A stretch of DNA of 64,000 nt from Octopus sinensis (lineage: Eukaryota), in the NCBI RefSeq assembly GCF_006345805.1, contig NC_043001.1, positions 126,852,001 through 126,916,000 of the forward strand. The letters are read 5' to 3'. The notes under the pieces are model-generated. The model was given only the letters and a program-made list of their open reading frames with translations. It ran no database searches and had not been told where the DNA came from. The translations under genes and the position numbers were made by a program. Every line of letters starts with the position of its first letter. The first letter of the stretch is position 1. Shown piece by piece: positions 27,171 through 39,752 of the stretch.

Positions 27171-27678
27171 CAACATAACAGATTTTCCCGTCTTCTTTTA
27201 TATTATATCATATTATAACATATCATATTACATTTAATTACGTTATGAGATATTATATTATATTATATTATATTATATTATATTTTATATTATATACACA
27301 TGTACATTTGTGTGTGCGTATTTGTTTGTTTGTGAGGGAATGTATAAATCTATGTAGATATATATATATAATATATATATTATATATATACATATATAGT
27401 ATATATATATATATATTAATATTATACATAGTAAATATTAGTCTATTAATATTTACTCCGAAACTTTTAACAAGTTTTCACAAAGAAAAGTTTCCATGTA
27501 ACTGTCAGAATTTCCTGTAAAAAAATCAATGAATCTGTTAGTCTACTGAAAACAACTGGGTGATGATTCATTGTAATATTCAACTGTTTTGTATATAACT
27601 TTACATTCGCATATATACATACGCACACACACACACACTATATATATATATACATGAATTAATATATATACACGTAAA

Positions 27679-27728
<50 letters not shown>

Positions 27729-27734
27729 CATACG

Positions 27735-27791
<57 letters not shown>

Positions 27792-28064
27792 TGATTCTAA
27801 TTTACTGTTTGCATCACAAAAACTATATATATATATACATTCATAAATGCATACGTATATATGAATTATATATACATAGAGACAAAAATGTTTATATTCA
27901 TATTTTATATGTCGGTAATATAGCAATTACAATATCTGTTACGTAGTAAATATAGGAATGATTGATCCATAATAGATTGTTGTAAAACCCTTTTGAAAAA
28001 TGATCACATGTCGGATATTACTCTACTTTCTATGTCCTCTGTATTATAATACATGAAATCTATG

Positions 28065-28138
<74 letters not shown>

Positions 28139-28744
28139 CATACATATATATACATATATACATACATATATATATATATGTATATATATATACGTACATA
28201 TTTATACATACACACACATATATATATATATATATATTTATATATGTATATATATATATATATATGTATGTATATGTATGTATGTATGTCTATGTATGTA
28301 TGTATGTATGTATATATATATGCATGTATGTGTGTATATATGTATCAAGAACATATATTCGTGACGAAATATGTAATGATTCTATTGTATTGTATGAACT
28401 CATTGTTTCATATGAAATAGATTCTATTACATTGAGTTTTCTGTTCTTTTATACGATAATAGGGTCGTTCTCTCAAAATCTAGTTTATTTGTATGATATT
28501 TTTTATATATATTTAGCTCTAGTAGATTATTGTCCTTAAATTTAAAACAGTTCTCTCGCCTCTGTATTTCTGATAAGATTTTTTAATATCTGTATATTAC
28601 TTCCATTAGAAATATTCTTAGAAAATGGTGCACCACACTCTTTCTTTTGTCTTCTTTCTCTCTGTTTCACTCAGCCGTTCACTTGATATTGCATATAGCA
28701 TCGACAGAGGAACCCGCATGTCAACACGGGCACACTCAGAGATT

Positions 28745-28896
<152 letters not shown>

Positions 28897-29117
28897 TGCA
28901 TTCCTACATGCATATGTATAAACATAAATATCTATTAATATATATATTTATATACATATATATATATGTATTTTCATATATATGCATATATATGTTTATA
29001 CGATATATATATACATCTATCATCTATCTATCTATATATATATATAAATATATATACATACATACATACATACATATATATATATATATATGTATATATA
29101 TAAATATATATACATAC

Positions 29118-29187
<70 letters not shown>

Positions 29188-29439
29188 CTTCGTGTGTTTG
29201 CGTGCGTGCGTGTGTGTGATGAAGGACAAAAGGTAGACTAAATCGACACCAGTATATTAGTGGCAATTCATTCACATATAGAAGAACGGAAGAAATGTGA
29301 ACTCAAAGCATATAACCAGGAGTAATGCTATTGTGCATTTTGTCTGACGTGCTCACGATTCTCTTTGATCGCTGCCTTAATATCAGTTAAGGATTTCTGA
29401 CTTAGGTACAAAGCTATTGATATCAGTATTTGACTAGTA

Positions 29440-30295
29440 ACTAATCCATTAATAATTGCTCCTAATTAAGGTATAAGGCCAGCAATTTCCTGAAGTGTCT
29501 ATTCGGTACCATCGACCCCTGTAATTCATTGGAACCATATTTTAACGACCACACATATAAAAGGCAAAGTTGGCCACAGCGGGATTTCTACTCAGATTAT
29601 AAATAGCTGGGACAAATACCAAAAGCATTTTTCAGATGCTGTAATGATATCGTCAGTTTATCGCTTTAGATATCAACTAATAATTATTTCTACTAAAGGT
29701 ACAAGGCCGGAAAATTTGAGGGGAGGAGTTTTTCGATCACATTGATCCTAGTGCTCAACTGGTACTTATTTTATTGACTCCGAAAGGATGATAGGCAAAG
29801 CAGACCTCGGCAGAATTTTAACTGGGAACATGTTACCAGAAGAAAAGCTTCTCTGCATTTTATTTCATCTGACGTGATCTTGAAATTAGCTAATGATTTT
29901 TTAGTTAGAATTTAGGTACAACGTCATTGATATCATTATTTGATTGGTACTACATTTTATTGATCCCGGAGAGGAGAAAGGCAAAATTGACCTTCACAAA
30001 ATTTGAACGCTGAAAGTAAGAGCCGGAACAAAGACCACATGACGCTGTAATGATTCTGCTAACTTGCGGTCTTGAAGTATACAACAATAATCCTTTCTAG
30101 TTTTCGCACAAGGCCTACAATTTTGAGGCCTACAAATTTAATTTATATCGATGCAAGTGCTCAACTGGTACTTTATTTTACCCATCCCAAATCGATGACA
30201 AGCAAAGTTGACCTCGGCGGAATCTTAATTCAGGTTGTAAAGAGACAGGGGAGTGTCTTTAAGCATTTTATCCGATGCGCTAATGATTCTATTTA
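29440..30295 (-). mobile_element. Four old, tandemly arranged SINE family B relics
   Basis: Repeated AAGGT/CACAAGGCC...TGGTAC..ATTTTA..GAC.C..AAAGG..AAAGGCAAAG..GACCTCGGC at ~29470, 29700, 29940 and 30105. Confidence 0.75.
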
Positions 30296-30717
30296 CACCT
30301 AGACTAAAATATCCATTAATCATAGCTGTTAATTTATTTTGAAATTATCACAACGTAGCATCATATAACTGAAAATATTATCTTGAATCATCTACGTGAA
30401 ATTAGCGCACTTTGCTGTAAATTTAATTATATATATTTGGAGCCGAAGTCGCAACCTCTTCAGGGTTCCTAGATCTGCTAGAAATAGCAACCAAATTTAT
30501 CTCAAATTCTATACCGTCTTAAAATCTTTACATTCGATAATACCTAAATAAGAAACAGGAATACCAAGGTACGAGTTTATGTGATCATAGATTTGTTCAA
30601 TCAGGGTTGATCTGAACCTACACTGTGACAATCACAGCAACAACAAATTCAAAAATAACAACTACATGAAGAATAACTTGAAATTTTATCAGTCAATATC
30701 AATGGAACTTTTCTTTT

Positions 30718-30929
30718 GGGCGACGAGCTGGAAGAACTGTTAGTAGGCCGAGCAAAATGCTTAGCGCTATTTCATCCGTCCGTACGTTCTGAGTTCAATT
30801 TCCACCGAAGTCGACTTTACCTTTCACCCTTTCAGGGTCTATAAAACAAGTAGCAGTTAAACACTGGGATCGGTGTAATCGACTTAACTCATCTCCTGAA
30901 ATTGCTGGCCTTGTGCCAAAATTTGAAAC
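30718..30929 (+). mobile_element. SINE family B with 19-bp TSD
   Basis: CAATATCAATGGAACTTTT (30694-30712) and CAATATCAATGAAACTTTT (30930-30948) flank a family B body. Confidence 0.88.
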
Positions 30930-32444
30930 CAATATCAATGAAACTTTTGTTGCTGATTTGAACTTGTCACTCTTATCTTAATGTCGATGAAAATAAAATT
31001 CTTTACTGGCAAAATTAATAAATCTTGTAAGAGGTCAATAATTATTTAAGACTCGTTCCTATTCCTCGCAGACACTCTCAAATCTTGTAACTTAACATAC
31101 TGGAATAACCTTAAATCTGTTAAAAGTCACTCTGACGAATGTCTGTCGACTCATTCCTACATCCTTATTACGTCAAACATTCTTTGTCACCAATAAAAGT
31201 TCATTCGTACCTATAAAAATAGTACTAGTACTCAATTAAAAAATTAATTATTCATCTTAAAAAATGTATTCGTCCGTCGATGGAAATCTACAATAATATA
31301 AGAAGGATCACTACATACCTAGTGATTATTTAGTGTTTATATATTGAATATGTGATCGATTTTTCTAATGGGAATAACAAAGCGGAAAACAGTAACATAA
31401 CAATTTGATTCGTCAGCTCAAATGCACCATTATTTCATCCACCTTAAGATGTCTTCTTATAGATATAAGATACTTTTATGTACGGCTTACTTAGGAGTCA
31501 GAAGTAGTGTTTATGATCTCTGCAGGCATTTACAGTCTGATAACATTGATACGGTTGGTATTTAATTTCAAAATTTCTAACTCTACGCCTGTGTCAAAAG
31601 CATGAGCAGAGAAGGATATTTGCTAACCCCTTCTTCAGAAGGATGGTCAATGTGAAAAGGTGAGTTGTACTAACCACTTCATGTAATCAACCCAAGGTGT
31701 AGAGATTTGAAACGGAGCGGATGACGGGAAGATAAACGACGTGTATGCCACATGAGTTAATAAGGTAGTGAAACTTGTACATGATACAGTACTGCTGATA
31801 GAATATGTACCACTGATCTTTCACTGTATTTTTACAATTCCACTTTTTTTTTTGCCATTTGCGTTCTCAATATACCAGTCATCCATATATTGTATATTGA
31901 AATCTTTCAATCAGATAAGTGAAAAACGTTATATTTCCCGACACAAAATTCCACGAAGCTAATACACGGTTTGGTGCTTAGTTACATTCCTAACATAATT
32001 GACATTCATTTATTTACTTAACAAATGCGGGGACAATGTAAAATTTCATTTCTTTCTTGCTTTCCGTACATACTTGTGGCTTCATGTTTACATAACAAAC
32101 TATTTTATTCGTGCAACTTTGTACACTTATACGCAGATGAACAATAGATGAATGTTTATACTTAAAATGATATCCATATATCATGCTTTGTATCCAACGA
32201 TAACTATCTATTAGTCATCTATATATGAAATCTTTTTTATTCGCAAACGGTGGTATCAAATGTAATTCTGCTAAACCTCTCTGTCGTAATAAACATCACT
32301 AAAATTTAATGTCTTTCGCTTGTCTTAATGTTGTTCGAAACTAAATACACAGATGTTATAGAACATATTGTACTATTGGTATTTAAATTAATCACTTTGT
32401 TTTTTAGTTGTGACCATGTCGGGAGGTAAAGGATAAAGACCCCT

Positions 32445-32640
32445 TCGGTCATAAATGAACTAGAAAGTACCCCTCCGAGGTACAAATCCGGGCAAGGTTG
32501 TTTACAGAAGACCAGCAGTCGCCCATGCATGCCAGCCTCCCCTCTTCATGCCACCGATGCAGTGACGTCGCAACTCATTTGTACAGCTTAGTGAACTGGA
32601 GAAACGTGAAATAAAGTGCCTTGCCCAAGAACACAACACA
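32445..32640 (-). mobile_element. SINE fragment related to family E
   Basis: GTGAACTGGAG.AACGTGAAAT.AAGTG..TTGC.CAAGAACACAAC shared with 3290-3335. Confidence 0.65.
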
Positions 32641-32733
32641 CATTTTGAAAGGTAACAATGCCATATTGATGACGTCCAACATTATTACAGGACCACATAT
32701 GATGAAGGAAAAAAGGTAGACTAAATCGACACC

Positions 32734-32883
32734 TTCCGCCGAGGTCGACTTTGCCTTTCATCCTTTCGGGGTCGATTAAATAAGTACTAGTTACGCACTG
32801 GGGTCGCTATACTCGACTTAATCCGTTTGTCTGTCCTTGTTTGTCCTCTCTGTGTTTAGCCCCTTGTGGGTAGTAAAGAAATA
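32734..32883 (+). mobile_element. 5'-truncated SINE family B, young
   Basis: TTCCGCCGAGGTCGACTTTGCC...GTAGTAAAGAAATA; inserted into a sequence whose paralog at 29217 is uninterrupted. Confidence 0.88.
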
Positions 32884-33485
32884 GGTATATTAGTGAAATT
32901 TCATTTATATACAAAAGAACAGACGAAATTTGAACTCACAGTATAAAAATCACGTGAATTAACCCCTGCAAGGCACGCAACTCTTTCCTGTATTGATTCT
33001 GCTACCGCATAACCCATTTCAATAAATTATTAAGGTTTGTAATGAAAACCCTGAATGCACTGTTATTTGGAAAAGTTTAAAGATATTAACTGCATAAAAA
33101 CTATTTTGATAGTTATTAATTGAAGACACTGACTATTGCTAAGTGGTCTAAACTTTTATTGGTTCACTTCACATAAAACAAGCTTTATAACTACCAGTAG
33201 AGTTGCCGTGCCGTCAACCTCTAACAACATTATCGTAATTTAATATATCGAAAATATTATGAAATAAAGAGAAAATGTATTTGATCTATTAATGACCATT
33301 AAAAGTGCTGTAATAGTGGGAAATAGACATTTGATTGTAGAAAACCCAGACTATTCCTCTCAGTCTTACATCTAAATGACGTTTGAATACTTTCTCTCGC
33401 TTCTTACTGCCATTCAGTATTTTCCCAGATATGTTCAACATTCATCTCTCTATATCAAACACTTCATGCATATATAACGTATTAT

Positions 33486-33712
33486 GCGGAGAGAATCCCT
33501 GGAGAAGGACATCATGCTCGGAATGGTCAGTGGCAAGAGAGGAAGAGGCCGACCAAGGACCCGCTAGCTTGACACCATCAGGAGTGATACCGGAATGGAC
33601 ATGGCCAATCTGAAGGAAGCGGCCCAGGATAGAACTGACTGGAGGACACTGATCCAACGAGTGACCGAGATTTGACTTCGACTGAGCGGATAGAGAGAGA
33701 GGTATACTACAT
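33486..33712 (+). mobile_element. RTE (BovB-like) LINE 3' end
   Basis: [59 protein letters not shown]; (GA) tail. Confidence 0.9.
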
Positions 33713-33894
33713 GCAGATATGTGTGTGTATGCATGTATGTATGTATGTATGTATGTATGTATGTATGTATGTATGTATGTATGTATGTATGTACAATTGA
33801 TGAATTCTAAATTCCAAGGAAAGAACTTTTTTCGGGAGTAAAATAGGAATTATTTTTTTCGTGAGAAATTTGCAGAATAAGACAAGAAAATGTA

Positions 33895-35157
33895 GGGGAG
33901 AGCGTGTCTAGTTGTTACACGGGTAAGTTGTTACAAGCCCGTTGTTTCCAACTTCAAGAAATAGGTGGCACTCGGGTCTCTACCTCGGGAAGACCAACTC
34001 CATAGCATGACTGCACATGTGTATTGCACTGGCGGGCTGTCACCAGGAAAGACGATTTTTTAGTCCAAAAGTGAAATTTTGCCACAAGGTTATCTCCTTA
34101 ACTACTAAAGCACAAGTGGTGTTACTGAAGTAGTTTGTGGCTCAGTAGGAAGTATTGGAAGTTGCCTTCGATATATGAAGGTGTGTCCTGGATGCCATCA
34201 TTACTAGTGCTGTGTACGAGGTAATCCCCTGGGCTAATTGTTACAGTGTGTTAACTTACCCCAGGCATGTAGCAACATACACCTTCTATTTCAGTTTAAC
34301 ACGCCATGCCTAGAAATTACAAAAAGAAGACTACAAGGGGGAATACCCCTCCTAATATCATGGAAAGAACCGCCAGAAAAGTTGTGGATGAAAAGAAATC
34401 ATTATGGGATGTTGTCGTAAAACAGCGCATAGTGGATGAAATAAACGAACGGAAATCCAAACCAAAGAAGGCAACTCTCATAGAAAAGGCAACAAAGGGG
34501 AAGGGAAAGTCAACTAAAACAGGTAAAGGCAAAGGAAGCAGCCTCGCAGCAAGCAAGTCACCGATTAGAAATGCCTTGTCTGCTCACATTGGTATTTCAA
34601 CTCCCTTACAGGTGAAGAATGGGTGCAATGGATGATCTGTAAAGACTGGCCACGCACTAACTGTACCAATAGACGACAGGACTTTCTGTGTGATCTGTGT
34701 GGTGAGAAGTTAATGGAGGACGATTCCGACTAGATGGTACATTTAACAATGGGGAAATTGCCTGATGAGGACTCTCAGTATCACAGTTAGGATATGAGGT
34801 GGCTTAAAGCACAGTTAATTAATTAAAGTAATACTTCCTAGATGCAAGAAGCAGGAGACGTATTCATTTTAAATCTTTTATTAACATAATTCCGAGTTAT
34901 CGACAGTTGTAACAAAGTGCCCCAGTAACTGTAACAACGTACACAGCACTCAGGGAAAATTGTTGCAGCTGACACCTCCTCATTAATTAGAACCTGTCTA
35001 ATTAATGTTATGTAATTTCTGGGGGTTTTTTTGCTGGTGATAACAATAGAGATGTTTTATAACTAATCAAATCTGAAAAGAAACTTCAACTGTGTTCATT
35101 TATGTGGGTGCTAAGACAAAGAAATGAAAAAATCAAACAGCTAGACTTGGTCTCCCC
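33895..35157 (+). mobile_element. Internally deleted pogo-like DNA transposon with HTH N-terminus and PHD-finger remnant
   Basis: 22-bp TIRs GGGGAGAGCGTGTCTAGTTGTT / AACAGCTAGACTTGGTCTCCCC (18/22), TA on both sides; MPRNYKKKT...MERTARKVVDEKKS N-terminus joined to a Lys-rich C-terminus and EEWVQWMICKDW..TNC....FLCDLC; no DDE domain. Confidence 0.85.
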
Positions 35158-35229
35158 TACATATAAAAATATGCATTACTGAAACTGCTTATATATATTT
35201 AAGCATGCCTAGTTTATATGTGTATATCA

Positions 35230-35450
35230 AGGCGGCGAGCTGGCAGAAACGTTAGCACGCCGGGCGAAATGCCTAGCGGTGTTTCGTCTGCCGTTACGTT
35301 CTGAGTTCAAATTCCGCCGAGGTCGACTTTGCCTTTCATCCTTTCGGGGTCGATTAAATAAGTACCAGTAAATCAATGGGGTCGATATAATCGACTTAAT
35401 CCCCTTGTCTGTCCTTGTTTGTTCCCTCTATGTTTAGCCCCCTGTGGGCA

Positions 35451-35456
<6 letters not shown>
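35230..35456 (+). mobile_element. SINE family B, full length, young
   Basis: Near-consensus GGCGGCGAGCTGGCAGAAACGTTAGCACGCCGGGCGAAATG... Confidence 0.93.
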
Positions 35457-35522
<66 letters not shown>

Positions 35523-35524
<2 letters not shown>

Positions 35525-35688
35525 TTTATTTAAAGCAGCAGAAAATTCAACAAAACCTGTTACTCTGAAACTCAGAGTAACAGGTTTTGTTGAATTTGCT
35601 GATGTTTTAAATAAAGCGTATTACTCTACCACTGGTATTTGAGTACTCTTTTTTTTTCCACCTTGTTTCACATTTATGTGTTTACTCC

Positions 35689-35692
<4 letters not shown>
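35523..35692. mobile_element. (TA)n-flanked hairpin element, copy 2, loop replaced by a fold-back
   Basis: 44-bp arms 35524-35567 / 35573-35616 around AAACT; remainder collinear with 19787-19860. Confidence 0.8.
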
Positions 35693-35756
<64 letters not shown>

Positions 35757-36563
35757 TGCGAGGGAGGAAGCGCACGTACGCACACAGTCACACACACACA
35801 TACATACGCACGCGCACACACATACATATAAACATACATATATTCACAAGGATCACTACATCGTAAATCATGATAATCATTAGAAAAAGAGTTATTAAAA
35901 TTTACGCGCTTTGTGTCCATTGAACATTCATTTACAAAATCTTAAATACAAACAGAGTTATCTCTTGGGTCATGCGGGTCTCCTCTACCTTCTTACAAGT
36001 GAACTTATTTTTCGGACTACATTTGAGCAATTGTTACGGAAAAGTAGTCAAGACGCTTTGTGTGACACAAAAAATAAGCCAGGGAAGTTATAACATAGTT
36101 AAGTAATTCCTGATATTCAAGTATGATATAGTGGATAGCTAAATCGGTAGAACGCCGGGATAAATGTTACTTTGTGGCCATTAACTTTGGACGTGATTGA
36201 AAACCTAACTCAGGTATAAGTTTAACTCTTATGTGTCTGAAGTCAATGAATTAAGTAGTAGTAACGACCATAAGGGTGCTCTAGCTTGGGCTACTGTCCA
36301 GTAATTGTAAACAAAAGAGTATAATGAAATATATATAAAAAATAGTGAATATGGGCCAACAACATAGCACGGGTTAATACAATATGGTGAAATATCTCTT
36401 ACTTAAACTTAAGTAGTACTTATATGATAAACATATTTCACTACTGCGTGCCTATAAGAAACTTGTTCTTGCATGTGATATTTCAAACATCCAGTATTTG
36501 TATGCATGCTTACACCCCCACCATATATATATATATACTTTAATATAAGTATATGTATGAATG

Positions 36564-36622
<59 letters not shown>

Positions 36623-36763
36623 ATGTATATATGTATATACATACATATTTACATACCTACAAACATATATATAACATACATATATATGTATTTATATAAA
36701 TGTATGTGTATATATGTATGTATATATGTATATATATATATGTATATGTATATATTCATGCAA

Positions 36764-36819
<56 letters not shown>

Positions 36820-36837
36820 TATATGTGTGTATGTATG

Positions 36838-36889
<52 letters not shown>

Positions 36890-37121
36890 CACATATATAC
36901 ACACGCACACACGAAGACATGTGCTTGTGGGTGGTCTTTGTGCGTATGTGTATGTATGCGTGCGTGCGTGTGAGTGTGTGCGTGTATGTGTGTATATGTC
37001 TGTGCGTGCGCGTGTTTATTAAATTTCATTGGCCATAATATACATACATGTCGCGTGTACTGCAGTATCCAGTGTTTTCGAAAATATCGTATCAAAGCTA
37101 GACAATTTACATACACCACGC

Positions 37122-37219
<98 letters not shown>

Positions 37220-37984
37220 GTGTGTGTGTGTGTATGTATGTATGTATATATATTGGCATTAGTACGCATACGTGCATATATACATCCACATAGCTATTAT
37301 ATGTAAATATATGTATATGTGCATATGTATGAGTATACATATGTGTATATGTGTGAGTGCGTGTGTGCACATTTGCGAGAATAAGCATGCGTGTGTGTAT
37401 GTGCGTGCATGTGCGCATGTTTGTACTGCTAAAACTTGCGTGACTGCATTATTTAGAAAATACATGCACGTACACACGCTCGTACGTATGTGTTTACATA
37501 TATATATGTGTGTGTGCGTGTGTGTATGTGTGCGTGTGTGTGTGTGTGAGGTTGTGTGTGTGTATGCATATGTATATGTATATACAGCCAAGGAATATTT
37601 CATGTAGTGTGTGCAAGTACATACGCACGCACCATATACATATAAAGCCCGCATCCGCAAACGTATACGTGGATGTGTCTGTGTATGGATATTTGCTTGC
37701 TTGCAGCTTATGGATAAGCATACATTTGTAAACGTATGCATTACACGAGCATATGCATATAGGTATACATGTACCTGCATACATACATACATACATACAT
37801 ACATACATACATACATACATGTATATGTACGTATGTATGTGTATGTGTGTATATATATATATATACATACATACATATGTGGGTGTTCAGTTTTGTGAGC
37901 AATGTTTTCAGAATTTTGTTCGGAAGTTAGTGGCACTCCACATGGTCACCACTGACCCTCCAAGTCCTGAGCGCACGTAGATAA

Positions 37985-38152
<168 letters not shown>

Positions 38153-39009
38153 GAGAGAAAGAGGAATAAGAATAAGAATAAAAATTATAGAAACAAAAGC
38201 AATAATAATAACAAAAAAACTCACCTCTGTTGATGTGGTTGTCGAAATTATATCGGAATGGATGAGAAAGTCACTTGTCCAGACAATGTAGAATGTGATG
38301 ACTGCAGTTATAGCGGTTGCGGACAGCGGTGGTGGATATGTAGTTAATTACTGGTCAAAGTTAGCACCGGAGGATGATTATTTCTTTAGTGATCGAACTA
38401 CAGATAAATTGATTATTGCAGCTGATTGTGATGATTATGATTATGACGACGGCGATGGCGTTCGCGTATTTATTAGTAGTAGTGATGGAGGTGGTTAGGT
38501 TGATGATGGTGGTGGTGGTGATAAACTTCCGCTCTCTCGTGTATCACAAATGAACACTTTTTTCTTCTTTATTTTGACTTAAATATTAAAAATAAGTAAC
38601 GGTGTATATAATATACAATATATGTATACAAATTAGAATAAAATCAATGAAATTCAAGGAGACAGACGTTAATATTTAGTCGTCTGCTATAAAGGCGGTG
38701 TTGGCAACAATATCGGCAGCATGTAGCGGCGGATGAATACAGAGTTAAAGTGTTGTTTGAAGCTCAAAGTTTTCGAGCTATGGGTTTATTTTGTCTCGTC
38801 GCAATTTATTTTATATAATGAACAGTCTCTTCTGTTCACTGGGTACTTTCACCTACTTTTATACAGAAGGGCCAACCTACCATATCAGCCTATTATGTAC
38901 TACATATGATATCATATCACACCTCCACCGCAATTACCGCCATAAATCATAATGGCAAACACCACCGTCATCTCCACCACCAGCACCACTGCACCTCCTC
39001 CCCACCAAC

Positions 39010-39300
39010 ACAACTAACACCACCATTACTACCTCAAGAAGGACACCCACCACTATCTACTCATCTACACACCCACCACTGTCAGCACCACAAAACACGA
39101 TAATAACTACACCTCCTATCCACTAGAACCATCGCCACTACCAACAACACCACCATTACTACCTCAAGAAGAACACCCACCACTATCTTCTCATCTACAC
39201 ACCCACCACTATCTATTCATCTTCACACCCACCATTGTCAGCACCACAAAACACGACAATAACTACACCCCGCCATCCACTAGAACCATCGCCACTACCA
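39010..39300 (+). repeat. Nested tandem duplications in CAC-rich low-complexity DNA
   Basis: CACCACCATTACTACCTCAAGAAG.ACACCCACCACTATCT at ~39018 and ~39147; GTCAGCACCACAAAACACGA...CCACTAGAACCATCGCCACTACCA at ~39080 and ~39236. Confidence 0.85.
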
Positions 39301-39483
39301 GCAACATCAGTAATACTAACACAGCCACTTTTATTAACACCCTGCCCTCAACAAATACAGTACCATAACAACAATAACAGTAATTATAAACAACACTACA
39401 ATAATCATCAATTAGACCCCCGACTGCCACAGCTGCAAACAAACACTACTACTATTAGTAATACGGCGATTACAATAATAATA

Positions 39484-39672
39484 ATCCTTTCTACTATAGG
39501 CACAAGGCCTGAATTTTGCGGGGAGATCACATCAACCCCAATATTCAACTGGTACTTAATTTATCAACCCCAAAAGAATGAAAGGCAAAGTTGACCTCGG
39601 TGAAACTTGAACTCAGAACGTAGCGGCAGTATTTTGCCCGGCGTGCTAACGATTCTGCCAGCTCCTCGCCTT
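39484..39672 (-). mobile_element. SINE family B next to (TAA)n
   Basis: AATCCTTTCTACTATAGGCACAAGGCCTGAA...GTTGACCTCGG...GGCGTGCTAACGATTCTGCCAGCTC.TCGCC. Confidence 0.88.
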
Positions 39673-39679
39673 TGCCGCC

Positions 39680-39752
<73 letters not shown>

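Noticed and set aside
29440-30300. Regularly recurring motifs as a CRISPR-like array
   Set aside because: They are decayed SINE copies with irregular spacing in a eukaryotic context, with no cas genes.
38225-38301. Candidate 77-nt minus-strand exon (CAG acceptor, AG/GTGAGT donor)
   Set aside because: Weak polypyrimidine tract, no recognisable protein, and it lies in low-complexity DNA.
39235-39594. Thr/Pro/Asn-rich 119-aa ORF as a mucin-like exon
   Set aside because: It derives from CAC/AAC low-complexity repeats and runs into an antisense SINE.
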